DNA of 64,000 nt, from the IMG/VR virus record IMGVR_UViG_3300035659_000006; one strand, written 5' to 3'. How positions within the stretch are numbered: position 1 is the stretch's first letter; every line of letters starts with the position of its first letter. Source of the DNA: an uncultured virus (IMG/VR IMGVR_UViG_3300035659_000006) (Duplodnaviria; Heunggongvirae; Uroviricota; Caudoviricetes). This document shows positions 50,201 to 58,574 of the stretch, piece after piece. The notes below the pieces were generated by a model. It had not been told where the DNA came from. It saw only the letters and a program-made list of their open reading frames with translations, and did no database searches. Position numbers and translations under genes: made by a program.

Positions 50201-52036
50201 CACGCCCTCCTGGCGCATCCTCTCTGCCTGGCGAATAGCCCCCTGCAGAAGGCCGGCGTAGTGCTCCAGCGCGGCCGCGTTGGCCTCGACCGAGGTTGCG
50301 CCCCCCTCCATGGCTACCTTCACGTACTCCGCGGCCGACCCGAAATCGCGCACATACCTCTCCGCGGCCTTGGCGGCAGTGCCGGCGCCGGTGAACATGT
50401 CGATGAGGCCCTTCCCAAGGGCTACCTTCGCGATGGCGTCAAGCGCGATGAAGCCGATGGCGATCGCGGCGAGCGCCCCAGGCAGCGTGAACAGCACTGC
50501 TCTCAACGCCGTGAAGGCGGTCGAAAGTGCGAACGTCGCAGAGGCGGCGACACCCTCAGTGGCCGCCAGACTGATGAACACCCCGATCGTGGCCGTCACG
50601 CCGCTAATGAGACCGGTAAACACGCTGACCACGGCGGCGGAGCGGAACAGCAGGAAGGCGGCCGTCGCCAGCCCAACCACCACTGCCAGCTCCTTCATGT
50701 CGGTCCCCAGGATCATGGCCAGCGCCATCACGGCGGCAGCCGGGGCGGCTATGGACAGCAGGCCGGTGCTGAAGCCCACCATCGCGGCAGCGGCCCCAGG
50801 TGCCGCCATCTGCAGCATGCCGAAGGCGGTCACGGCCAGCCCTACGGTCACCAGGAGCGGCCCTATACCTACGGCGAGCGCGGCCGCCACGACGATCACT
50901 TTCTGGATGGGCTCCGGCAGCTTGTCGAAGGCGGCTACCAGCCCTCCGACCGCCTCAGAGGCTTTGCCCAAACCGGGCACGATGATGTCGGCCACCAGGG
51001 GCAGAAGGATGTCACCGAGCTGCACCAGTTCCACGCGCAGCTCGTTCATGCTCTGCTTCATCTTGAAGCCGGGCCCTTCGGCGATGGCGCCGAAGGCGGC
51101 CCCCAGGTCAGCCTCAGTCGTGTTCGCCAGGGAAGCGAAAACCTGCTCGGCCATGCCCGCGTTCTCGCCCAGGATAGCCATGATCCCCGACAGGCCGTCG
51201 ACACGGGGGAATATCCTGGCCATGGCCTCCGTGTTGCCGCCCAGCCGCTCGTCGAGCATCTGGAGAGTGGCCAGTAGCCCCTTCTCGCGCAGCGTGGCTG
51301 TAAGCTCACCGAAGCTCAGGCCCATCTTGGCCAGCTCCTCCGATTCCATCCGAGTCGGCCTCACCATGGACTGCAGGATCTGGCGGAGAGCCGTAGCCGC
51401 CTCAGCGGCAGGGAGCCCAAAGCGGGTGAAGTAGGCCATGGCCCCGCCTACCTGCTCGAAGGTGACGCCGAGCTGAGCGGCGATGGGGATCACGTGGCCG
51501 AGGACGGGCGCGAACTCGGCGGCCTCGCCCTTGCCTTCGCGCACCATGGCGACTAGGACCGACGTCGCCTGAGCCGCAGAGAGGTTCTCGGCACCGTAGG
51601 CGTTCATGGCCGAGGTCACGGCATCGGCCACGCTTGCGGTGTCACCGAGGCCGGCAGCGGAGGCCTGGGCGGCCGCTCTCAGGACGTCCATGGCCTGGGA
51701 TGCCTCGACGCCGGAGCTGGTCACGAAATAGAGGGCCTCGGCTAGTTCCTGGGGCGACTTGGCTGTCTCCTTGCCCAGCTCGTAGAGGTCGTCCTTCCAG
51801 GCGTTGACCTGCTCGCGGGAGATGCCCACCAAGCCCACGATGAGGTCTAGGCTGTGGTTGAAGTCGGCCCCCATCTTCAGAGCAGCCGTGCCGATCCCGG
51901 CGATGGGCGCCGTGAGGCCCGTGATGGCGGCGCCCGTCCCCGTCAGACGCGAGCCGATATTCTTCAGCTCGGAGTCGAGCTTGGAGGAGTCCGTGGCGAG
52001 TTCCAGAACCGCCTGGCCCAGTACCTCAGTCATCAC
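47219..52036 (-). CDS. Tape measure protein (TP901-like core)
   Basis: 1605 aa, Ala-rich helical, SPQELAEALYFVTSSG core, hydrophobic mid-segment, C-terminal MVGERGREL. Confidence 0.95.
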   Translation of the reverse strand: MMTEVLGQAVLELATDSSKLDSELKNIGSRLTGTGAAITGLTAPIAGIGTAALKMGADFNHSLDLIVGLVGISREQVNAWKDDLYELGKETAKSPQELAEALYFVTSSGVEASQAMDVLRAAAQASAAGLGDTASVADAVTSAMNAYGAENLSAAQATSVLVAMVREGKGEAAEFAPVLGHVIPIAAQLGVTFEQVGGAMAYFTRFGLPAAEAATALRQILQSMVRPTRMESEELAKMGLSFGELTATLREKGLLATLQMLDERLGGNTEAMARIFPRVDGLSGIMAILGENAGMAEQVFASLANTTEADLGAAFGAIAEGPGFKMKQSMNELRVELVQLGDILLPLVADIIVPGLGKASEAVGGLVAAFDKLPEPIQKVIVVAAALAVGIGPLLVTVGLAVTAFGMLQMAAPGAAAAMVGFSTGLLSIAAPAAAVMALAMILGTDMKELAVVVGLATAAFLLFRSAAVVSVFTGLISGVTATIGVFISLAATEGVAASATFALSTAFTALRAVLFTLPGALAAIAIGFIALDAIAKVALGKGLIDMFTGAGTAAKAAERYVRDFGSAAEYVKVAMEGGATSVEANAAALEHYAGLLQGAIRQAERMRQEGVDDFDQWIKVSEAIKGHKEQVLALVPTYEDLKALLEKYPGLLKELGGDLEELRVQWEAVQWDRAKQQVADVIVALSGLMGATTDTGDAAAAAAVGLDSYLKSLEVTGEAVDNLATVVLTKLGNSLEHLELEKRANELEAFGDAAPEGELEAVNTQLQAMNRYNEEVTLGIKILGERLRIAAEQAGETFDPSLINNFAQAIIDLPRDIVMQILPLLDALSASQVVRFMQALEAGVTVPVAFLVGKFGVPAAFGALPGVSAMMEQLGRLAMSTVPAAKSIDFFRGAVAAAGGAAGSAAEKELTLADAVSDGVADRTEAEKLGLSASQAATEELTVARQKEADEVWRAQVELAKLTIALGEGGVTGAAFGFAVAVGIARGELTDTGLALEKFMQDDVISYAEAIEGKLNPAQAAALELTRARAVAEQEAAAKAYDDQKALQGLALVLGDGATAVRMATQGVAVDLGELVRFLSRSLMGLWDTGTISQKVYDFGVTITTSLSDALAEGGGALRERVAALTAGLVEAWETGEIDQASYDMGMSIVNAVAQGLASGTEVIAAGTEQALGPSTLQMMAFWAAAKIANEGTLTLTDALNLGMTPAQAATIQSLADVVKKHEELQAAIFNLMIEMGTFSAQLLGLPTPIADSVRELDNLGRRLGVEGLGQQVLDFELALQAVNTSFGDARSAAADFAYGIGVELVGQLQSALGQLLGGPTQETAQLQLDIDTLRYQLAVQEAAGATEEQTQAIRDQIAALEAQLGVYTADHRVMQDRAVLADQTLPTERELKDMVATITENIGIYSGKVDDLSWATDIQTLATANAVAQTDRLGLTTAGATDYLSFFTRSLGDSAGTVTDSNYALAGAADYAKGLMWGLGDAGGYAGPKTWGLGDAAAYAAGVLNSITPPAGMQSGGLASGLTMVGERGRELIWAPPRTRVFAHDETERLMAGLGTPTGPLAAPAVQLHIEHLHLPNVQDPATFVREIVRQAGKLQERASRGV

Positions 52037-52043
52037 TCAACCC

Positions 52044-52073
52044 TTGACAGCGCAGCGTTAGGCGTGTTATGTT
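52044..52073 (+). promoter_or_regulatory. Promoter of the moron gene
   Basis: TTGACA-N18-TATGTT with extended TG; spacer contains CGTTAGG as in the two early promoters. Confidence 0.65.
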
Positions 52074-52110
52074 GCGCTGGCCCCGCACGAGAGTGATCAG
52101 GAGTTGTCCC

Positions 52111-52452
52111 ATGCGCGTACTTCTAACCTTCGCGGCCCTCATGCTCGTCCTCTCCGCGTGTAGCACTCCCTCGCCCTCGGGAGGGGCCGGCGGCAAGGCG
52201 ACTGCACCCGGTAAGACGGAACTCACGAGCTTCACGTCCGGCACCATGAAGTGCGAGGCCTGGAAAGAGGATGGCAAGTACCAGGCCCTCTGTGTCTCCA
52301 CGAAGCCGGAGATGTTCCTCCGAGCCGCCGAACGGAGCACAGCCGCTGGCGGGGTTGGTGCCTTCTGTGACCAGGGGGAGGTCAAGGACCAGCCTGGTTT
52401 CTACTTCGTCCGCTGTTCCGCCGATGAATCGCTGGCGGACTTCATCAAATAG
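52111..52452 (+). CDS. Lipoprotein moron
   Basis: MRVLLTFAALMLVLSA-C lipobox, AGGAG RBS, opposite strand to the tail operon. Confidence 0.8.
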   Translation: MRVLLTFAALMLVLSACSTPSPSGGAGGKATAPGKTELTSFTSGTMKCEAWKEDGKYQALCVSTKPEMFLRAAERSTAAGGVGAFCDQGEVKDQPGFYFVRCSADESLADFIK

Positions 52453-52819
52453 CCTCACCGGGCCGCTCCCTCCTGAAGGCGATCCCCTTGCTTGCCAGGA
52501 ACTCCGGCGATGGCGGCTCGCGGCGTCCGCGCTGTCCGCCCTGGGTCGCCTCGCGCCAGCGCTCCTGAATGCGCCTGGCATCGCTCTTCTCAAGCGTCCC
52601 GGACCCCATAGCCACCGCCTCGGAGATCCCCGCCTCCTCCATGGCCCGCAGCGCCGGCATCGCCTTCGCATAGGCACCCAGCAGCGGGAGCGGCACGTGC
52701 AGCCAGTCCAGTGGGCTGCCGCCGTAGAACCGCTGGAGGCCAGCTAGAACCCGAGCCCACCCCTCATCAGCATCATCAGCGCACTCGCCCTGCCCCCCCT
52801 CAGACGGGAGGCTAAAAAA
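52445..52819 (-). CDS. Tail assembly chaperone, -1 frameshift extension (gpT-like part)
   Basis: The -1 frame is open from the slippery site to the stop at 52445 (…LQRFYGGSPLDWLHVPLPLL…). Confidence 0.8.
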   Translation of the reverse strand, partial: FFSLPSEGGQGECADDADEGWARVLAGLQRFYGGSPLDWLHVPLPLLGAYAKAMPALRAMEEAGISEAVAMGSGTLEKSDARRIQERWREATQGGQRGRREPPSPEFLASKGIAFRRERPGEAI

Positions 52820-53253
52820 GCGTTCCAGATGTCCAAGAGGTAGCCGAGCTGGAGTTTGCCAAGCACGTCGTCGGGCAAGGTGGGAAGGGCGACCTGGACC
52901 AGTTCGCGCATGCGAGCGAAATAGTCGGCCTCTTCCACCGCGTTGGGTGCCTGCAACTGCTCTAACTTAGCAACGTGCTCCATGAGTCTCTTGACTCTGA
53001 GCCGTTCCGCCAGGCCCCACGCGTCACGGTTAGCCAGGTCGTAGGCCACGCCGTCGATCCGCACGAAGTCACTCTTCAGCGGATCGAGCTGTTCGAGCGT
53101 CAGGAGGGCTTCGGTCGCAGCCTTTCCCTCCGTGACGCCCAGTACGGGCATGCGTTCCGTGGGAGCCTCTTCCTCAGTGGGGTCGACTACGGGCGTGGGG
53201 ACCTTATCAGGTGATTCGGGGGGAGTGGCCTTGTCCCTTTTGGGCTTCGCCAT
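52744..53253 (-). CDS. Tail assembly chaperone (gpG-like)
   Basis: Between tube and TMP; in-frame T TTT TTA heptamer at 52819-52813. Confidence 0.8.
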   Translation of the reverse strand: MAKPKRDKATPPESPDKVPTPVVDPTEEEAPTERMPVLGVTEGKAATEALLTLEQLDPLKSDFVRIDGVAYDLANRDAWGLAERLRVKRLMEHVAKLEQLQAPNAVEEADYFARMRELVQVALPTLPDDVLGKLQLGYLLDIWNAFLASRLRGGRASALMMLMRGGLGF

Positions 53254-53397
53254 CGATGACCTCCTCAAAGGCTATGCCGTGAGCACGGCAGAATCGCTCT
53301 AGCTCCTCCATGCGCCGGCGGGCCTCCCGCCGGTGGAACTGCTGGGCCTTCTTGTGCCGCCGCGCCTCGTCCAGGAGCCGCACGGCCTGAACGGGGA

Positions 53398-53757
53398 TCA
53401 TGCCCCGACCGCCAGGCGCTGGAAGTTGCTCAGGACGCGTCGGCCGAGCGTCGGGTAGACCACGTCCGCCGCGCCGCCCAGCGTCCCGTAGCGCCGTTCG
53501 AGATAGATGAAGTACGGACAATCGAACGATCCCCAGCTCCCGCCAGCCTTGCTGCCGAAGGGACTGGCGCGGCGGAGCACCTTGATGCTTCCCTCCGCCC
53601 GGCCCGTGCGGTTGCGCCAGCCGCGGTGGTTCATCTTCGCCTCGGAAACGCAGGCATCCATCGTCTCGTTGAGGCCCGCGATCGAGGCCGTCTGGGCCCG
53701 CTGCGTCAGGCGCGGCCCGTTGTAGCTCACGAGCCGCAGCCTGAGGATGCTGGCCAC
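53398..53757 (-). CDS. HK97 gp10-like tail completion protein
   Basis: W.NRTGRAEGSI...YFIYLE motif. Confidence 0.6.
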   Translation of the reverse strand: MASILRLRLVSYNGPRLTQRAQTASIAGLNETMDACVSEAKMNHRGWRNRTGRAEGSIKVLRRASPFGSKAGGSWGSFDCPYFIYLERRYGTLGGAADVVYPTLGRRVLSNFQRLAVGA

Positions 53758-54362
53758 TAGCCCGTGGGAGCGGCGTCCATAGCCACGAGGTGGCCGAAGC
53801 GCTCGGCGGGCGTAGCGGCGTTCGGGTCGCTGATGACCTTCCACTCCGTGTCCAGCACCGCCATGTCGTCCGCCAGGAACTTCACCGCTGGGTTGCCGCT
53901 CTGCGAGACGCGGGTCAGCTTGTAGTCCAGCCCAAGGCTCTCGCCGCCGATCTGCACGTCCAGGTAGGGCGACGGCGCCCGGATCAGCATGGCGATCTGG
54001 GCCACCGACGTGCCCTGGTACATCGTGATGGTGCGGTAGCCAGCCGTAGTGGCGCCGGGCGGCGTGTCAGTGACCGCCACGTTGTTCAGGACCTTGGCGA
54101 AGTTCTCCAGGGTCAGGTCGGCCAGCGCGAAGCTGATGACCATCGACTCCTCTGTCCTGGAGATCTTGGCCGGTGCCGTGTCCTGGTCGGCGCGTAGTTC
54201 CTTCTGTGTCTGGTTGTGCTGGGCGTTGACGCCGCCCTTGGTCCGCCCCAGGCGCACCCAGTTGCCTGCCGGCACGGCGTTGATGAGGGGGAAGGTCTCG
54301 CCGACCGGGGCGACGTAGACCACCGCGGGGCCAGCCAGTATTTCAAACGGGGACTCAGCCAT
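53757..54362 (-). CDS. Major tail tube protein
   Basis: LGRTKGGV...ADQ...ISFALADLTLEN pattern; position; strong RBS. Confidence 0.8.
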   Translation of the reverse strand: MAESPFEILAGPAVVYVAPVGETFPLINAVPAGNWVRLGRTKGGVNAQHNQTQKELRADQDTAPAKISRTEESMVISFALADLTLENFAKVLNNVAVTDTPPGATTAGYRTITMYQGTSVAQIAMLIRAPSPYLDVQIGGESLGLDYKLTRVSQSGNPAVKFLADDMAVLDTEWKVISDPNAATPAERFGHLVAMDAAPTG

Positions 54363-54376
54363 GGCTTCACCTCACG

Positions 54377-54415
54377 AAATAAACGAGCCGCGACCTCCGG
54401 GCAGTCGCGGCTGCT
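54377..54415 (-). terminator. Attenuator-like hairpin before the tail tube gene
   Basis: Stem AGCCGCGAC/GTCGCGGCT then CGTTTATTT; contains the conserved 17-mer. Confidence 0.6.
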
Positions 54416-54443
54416 ACTTTTGGACTCTAAGACGGGCGACTAG

Positions 54444-54800
54444 CTAGGTCTCACCGTCGTCTGGCACGGCCTCAGGCACCATGCTCTCCACGGCGCTCTC
54501 AACGGCGGTTCCTTCGCTCGCCAAGTCCCCCGAGGCGTCCGTCCCGGGTGCTGGCATTGACGCCGGCGCATCGGTCCCCGGCACCGGCATCTGAACGTAG
54601 GGCCAGCCTCTCGGCGGCTCAGGCACCGGCTCGGGCAGCGGCGCATCCGTCTCCCACTCGGCGCTGGGGTCCAGGAGCAGGCGCTGCGCCACGTCCATGT
54701 CCACCTCAATCGTCTCGCCCCTGGCCCACCGGAGGCCGGACACGGGATCGTCGAGGATGTCACACGGCCCCACGTAGGTCATGTGAGCTTTCTTCCTCAT
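54444..54800 (-). CDS. Hypothetical protein
   Basis: GGAGG RBS, coupled. Confidence 0.55.
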   Translation of the reverse strand: MRKKAHMTYVGPCDILDDPVSGLRWARGETIEVDMDVAQRLLLDPSAEWETDAPLPEPVPEPPRGWPYVQMPVPGTDAPASMPAPGTDASGDLASEGTAVESAVESMVPEAVPDDGET

Positions 54801-55261
54801 GCTGGTACCACCTCCTGCGTGCCCACTAGGGCCTCGACCACGAGCTTGTTCTCCTTGATGCCCGGCACGAGGCCCTCCGCATCCTCGGCCAGCCCCGTCG
54901 GCCCGCCCCGGACCTCGCTCCAATGCACCAGGTAGGACTTGTGCGTCGTGGGCTGCTCCACGACGCGGCGCCCTTTCTGGTGAAGACAGGCGAAGACGGC
55001 CCTTCCGATGGCCGCTGCCGCGAAGTCGCTCGTTGCCAGACAGCGACAGGCCATGCGGTGGCGGATCAGGGGGGCGCCGGGCTCTACCCGCTCGCCCAGG
55101 CCCTCCTCGTTGAGCGATATGCACCCTGCCTGCTGCTCCTCAAGAGAGGCGGCGCCCACGACGACCCCGCCGGGGGCCGTCTCCTGAACTGCGGGGTAGG
55201 CAAGCAACAGGGCTCTGACGAGCTCGGGAACACTCGGGATCTCGTCGCTCATCGCGGCCAA
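54797..55261 (-). CDS. Tail terminator-like protein
   Basis: Size and position between head closure and tube. Confidence 0.5.
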   Translation of the reverse strand: MAAMSDEIPSVPELVRALLLAYPAVQETAPGGVVVGAASLEEQQAGCISLNEEGLGERVEPGAPLIRHRMACRCLATSDFAAAAIGRAVFACLHQKGRRVVEQPTTHKSYLVHWSEVRGGPTGLAEDAEGLVPGIKENKLVVEALVGTQEVVPA

Positions 55262-55280
55262 CTTTCAAGCGCTCGATCTC

Positions 55281-55646
55281 TCACCGGACCTCCTGGCAGT
55301 CCACCTCCAGGTGATGGACGCTGCCGTCGCCGCCGCACACCTTCCGTACCAGGAGCACATTCAGCCCCGTCGCAATGACCTGGCCCGATGCCGTCTTCAC
55401 GTCAACTGTGTCCGCCTCGCTCACCTCGGCGTCAGAGCCAAAGTACAGCCGGTGTGATGCCAAGACCGCCTCCCGCGTGAGCCCCGTCATTACCTCGCCC
55501 TGCCGACGCAGGTTCAGGGCCGTCAGTCGGCAGGGCTCCGCCGTGAGCTTGGGCGAAAGCGCCCCCGTAGGCTGGCCGTAGCCGTCCCGGGCTTCACCCT
55601 TGGCGAACGTGTCGGCGCGGTGCCTGAGCAGCGACGCGAGGGACAC
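55281..55646 (-). CDS. Head closure protein (SPP1 gp16-like)
   Basis: DGYGQP...PCRL...HHLEVDC. Confidence 0.7.
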   Translation of the reverse strand: MSLASLLRHRADTFAKGEARDGYGQPTGALSPKLTAEPCRLTALNLRRQGEVMTGLTREAVLASHRLYFGSDAEVSEADTVDVKTASGQVIATGLNVLLVRKVCGGDGSVHHLEVDCQEVR

Positions 55647-55655
55647 GGGCTAACC

Positions 55656-56018
55656 TCACAGCCTGTGGGCCTGGAACTTTACCTCGACCCCGCCACCGAC
55701 GACGTCGACATAGACGTAGCCGAGGTCGGTGCCACTCTGCTGATTGAAGGTCGCCGGCGGGAACGGGCCCACCAGCACGCAGGCGGCGGCAGCGAGAGAT
55801 CCGACTGACAGCTCGGCGACGGCCAGACCTTCCACGGTCTGCGGGGTCTGGACAGTGACTGTGTGTGCGCCCGCTCCAGTGTTGCGGATCAGCAGGAACA
55901 CCGCCCCGTCATTCGAGAACTTGGCACCGTCCGTCGTGTGCGGCACGGTGTCTGCGGCCGTAAGGATCGAAACGCCCACGCGGTCGATCGCCACCACGGG
56001 GATGTTAGTGCGGGCCAT
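55656..56018 (-). CDS. Small beta-rich structural protein
   Basis: FSNDG..LLIRNTG...GPFPP.TFNQ; GGAGG RBS. Confidence 0.6.
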   Translation of the reverse strand: MARTNIPVVAIDRVGVSILTAADTVPHTTDGAKFSNDGAVFLLIRNTGAGAHTVTVQTPQTVEGLAVAELSVGSLAAAACVLVGPFPPATFNQQSGTDLGYVYVDVVGGGVEVKFQAHRL

Positions 56019-56066
56019 CTGCTATACCTCCTCGGGCCGGTTCACTGGCGTCGTGCCGGCCTCGGT

Positions 56067-56528
56067 CTATTCGGGCTCCGCCTCGTCAGAGGTCGCCACG
56101 TCGCCAACCTCGGCGGCGGGCTCGATACTGCCTTCGGCGGAAGTAGGCTCGCCTCCCGGCTCCGCTTCCGCTTCGGTGGCGGGCGAGGCAGCCGACTCAG
56201 CCACAACTTCCCCAGCGCCCTCGTCGGGTAAGTCGCCCTGGCTTTCTCCGGTGGTCTCGGAGGCTTCCTCCACCAGAGTCTCCACTTGGGCCTTGACCTC
56301 TTCGGCAACAGCCTCAACCGCAGCCACGGCGAGGTCAACATCGACCTCGACCTCTGCCTGGCCCGGCTCCGGGTGAACCTGTGGAGCACAGGAGCCGCAC
56401 ACGCCCTGACCGGCGAGCGCCGCCTCCTCGTCTGCGGCGTACACGTCGGCCGCCTTCTCCCCGCAGTTCGCGCACTGGACCAGCACGCCGGGGCGCAAGA
56501 AGGGCAGACTCAGGATGCTCTCGTCCAT
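56067..56528 (-). CDS. Acidic low-complexity protein with Cys pairs
   Basis: CANC...CGSC, Glu/Ala-rich tail. Confidence 0.5.
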   Translation of the reverse strand: MDESILSLPFLRPGVLVQCANCGEKAADVYAADEEAALAGQGVCGSCAPQVHPEPGQAEVEVDVDLAVAAVEAVAEEVKAQVETLVEEASETTGESQGDLPDEGAGEVVAESAASPATEAEAEPGGEPTSAEGSIEPAAEVGDVATSDEAEPE

Positions 56529-56540
56529 GATGACCTCCGT

Positions 56541-57215
56541 TCAGAAGATGACCTGGCCCCGGCCCACCTTGCCGGCGCCCATGTAGCGCTCGAGCCGGGC
56601 CATAGCCTCGGGCGGTATCGAGCTGGCGGCTTTCCCGTCGCTCTCGCTCCGCGTGTAGGAATAGTCGCCTATCTTCTCGCTCTTGATGCCTGCCACGGCC
56701 TGGCCACGTTGCTTGTACATGGCCGCCGCCGTCAGGGCCACGGCCTCCCGAACCGGCGCCGGCACCTCGTTCGAGGCCGTGTATGTCACGACCACGCGGT
56801 CGTAACTCACGGGCTTGACGTCCACCGACAGGAGGGCGTCTCCCAGCCCTCCCCGCCGGCGGGGGAAGGCCGGAGCCCGCTCGGCGAAGGCCTCCACATC
56901 GCGCCGCAGCTTCAGGCGACCCAGGGGATGCAGCGAGTACTCGGCGGCCTGCAACTCGCGGCCGCTGTCTGCCGGCGTCAGGTAAGCCCTGACCGTCAGC
57001 CCGGTTGGCGCCTCGTCCTTCAGAGTCAACAGGTCGCCTTGCTGCACGCTGGGGAACGTCTCGGTGATGGGTCCACTGGCGTCCCAGTCCCGACCAGTGA
57101 CGCGTTTGACTTCCTCGGAGGCGTCGTCCAGGAAGGGCTGGAGGACGGTGCCGGGGGCGCTGTCCTCGTCCTCGTCCAGCCAGCGCCGCACGTCAGCGGT
57201 GATAGCGAGAGTCAT
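56541..57215 (-). CDS. Head-tail adaptor (gp6/gp15-like)
   Basis: VPAPVREAV...IKSEKIGDYSYT. Confidence 0.8.
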   Translation of the reverse strand: MTLAITADVRRWLDEDEDSAPGTVLQPFLDDASEEVKRVTGRDWDASGPITETFPSVQQGDLLTLKDEAPTGLTVRAYLTPADSGRELQAAEYSLHPLGRLKLRRDVEAFAERAPAFPRRRGGLGDALLSVDVKPVSYDRVVVTYTASNEVPAPVREAVALTAAAMYKQRGQAVAGIKSEKIGDYSYTRSESDGKAASSIPPEAMARLERYMGAGKVGRGQVIF

Positions 57216-57565
57216 CCGGCAGCCCCATGTAGGTAGGCACCCAGCACCACGAGTCCAATGGACCAGGCAGCGCCGAGGAGTGCCCAGAAGACACGCCCTG
57301 TAAGACCGACGGCGGTTGCGGCGGCCTTGGCAGTCGCCAGCACCTCAATCCGCCAAGCCTTCAGGACGCCCATATCGCCGTTGACTCGTTTGACTTCCGT
57401 CTCCAGGCTCGACACCAAGCCTTTGATTTCCTCGTGAGCGCCGTCGTTGCGGTCGAATGCCTTGTCAACTGCTTTCATCGCCTCTGGGAACTCATGGTCC
57501 CGGAAGTGCTCTACGGTGCCTCGCAACCCGTTGAACGCCTCTTCCAGGCTCTCCAGTGTCGCCAT
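57212..57565 (-). CDS. Coiled-coil protein with C-terminal TM helix
   Basis: Heptads followed by a hydrophobic segment. Confidence 0.55.
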   Translation of the reverse strand: MATLESLEEAFNGLRGTVEHFRDHEFPEAMKAVDKAFDRNDGAHEEIKGLVSSLETEVKRVNGDMGVLKAWRIEVLATAKAAATAVGLTGRVFWALLGAAWSIGLVVLGAYLHGAAG

Positions 57566-57575
57566 TTGATCGCTC

Positions 57576-57887
57576 CTAATCCGAAGGCACGAACGTCACG
57601 TCACAAGCCCCGCTGAAGATGGCGCGGATGCCCGCCGAGAACGCCACCCCGATCTCAATGACCGGCGGCGGCGTAGTCGATATGAGCACTGTCATCTTGA
57701 TTGGGTCGGTATCGAGCAGGCCATCGCGCAGGGTGATCGTCCGGTTCGCCCCAGGGGGAGTGCCGACGATGATGCGGTGCAGCACGGCCTCCTTGGAGCG
57801 CACCTGCACCGTGGCGCCGCCAGCACCGCCAGCCACCGGGTTGCTCGCAGCCAGCGAGCTGTACAAGACATCGTTCAGGGGCGGCAT
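57576..57887 (-). CDS. Small structural protein
   Basis: ITLRDG...IGVAFSAGI; head module position. Confidence 0.5.
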   Translation of the reverse strand: MPPLNDVLYSSLAASNPVAGGAGGATVQVRSKEAVLHRIIVGTPPGANRTITLRDGLLDTDPIKMTVLISTTPPPVIEIGVAFSAGIRAIFSGACDVTFVPSD

Positions 57888-57900
57888 CGCGGCCCTCCCT

Positions 57901-58506
57901 CTACGTCGTCGGCAGCGCGATCACCACCGTCGCGAACTTGCCGGCGGCCCCGCCGCCAGTCCCGTCGGCGATAGTGCAGATCAGCGGCGCTGTCGCGGGC
58001 AGCACACCGGCGCCGATGAAGACCTGGCCGATCGTCGCCGTGGCCACGACCAACTTGTCGAGCAGCCCATCGTCGTCGGCGGCCCAGCCCCAGTCGAACG
58101 TCGGCTTCAACGTCACGGCGGCCAGCGTCTCGGTGCAGATCGCCACGACGATACAGGCCCGGTCCTTCGTCGCGTGGGCGGCCATCAGCGTCACAGGCGA
58201 CGCGTCGGCGTGGTCGACGTTACCGCTGGCCCCAAGGCCAGCGGCGATCGCAGCCGCCAGAGCAGCACCCTGGGCAAACTTGGCCGCCGTGAGCGTACCG
58301 TCAGTCACCTTGACGGCTGTCACAGCGCCATCGGCCAACTCGGCAGTCCCGACCGACAGCGGTGCCAGCTCGCCGGCCTGGATCGAGATGACGATCAGGT
58401 CGACCAGCTCACCGATCCACGGGATCAATGGCGTCCCGCCGCCGCCGTACCCGAATGTGGCAACAAGCTGCGCCCTTACTTGCTCAAGCGCGGTAGTCAT
58501 GGACAC
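57901..58506 (-). CDS. Head decoration/fibre-like protein
   Basis: LADGAVTAVKV repeats; directly after the MCP. Confidence 0.55.
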   Translation of the reverse strand: MSMTTALEQVRAQLVATFGYGGGGTPLIPWIGELVDLIVISIQAGELAPLSVGTAELADGAVTAVKVTDGTLTAAKFAQGAALAAAIAAGLGASGNVDHADASPVTLMAAHATKDRACIVVAICTETLAAVTLKPTFDWGWAADDDGLLDKLVVATATIGQVFIGAGVLPATAPLICTIADGTGGGAAGKFATVVIALPTT

Positions 58507-58574
58507 CTCCTTGGCGAGAGCGGGCCTGCACCGCCAGCAGCAGCACAGGCCCGCGCATCAGCTAGTCGCCCCGG

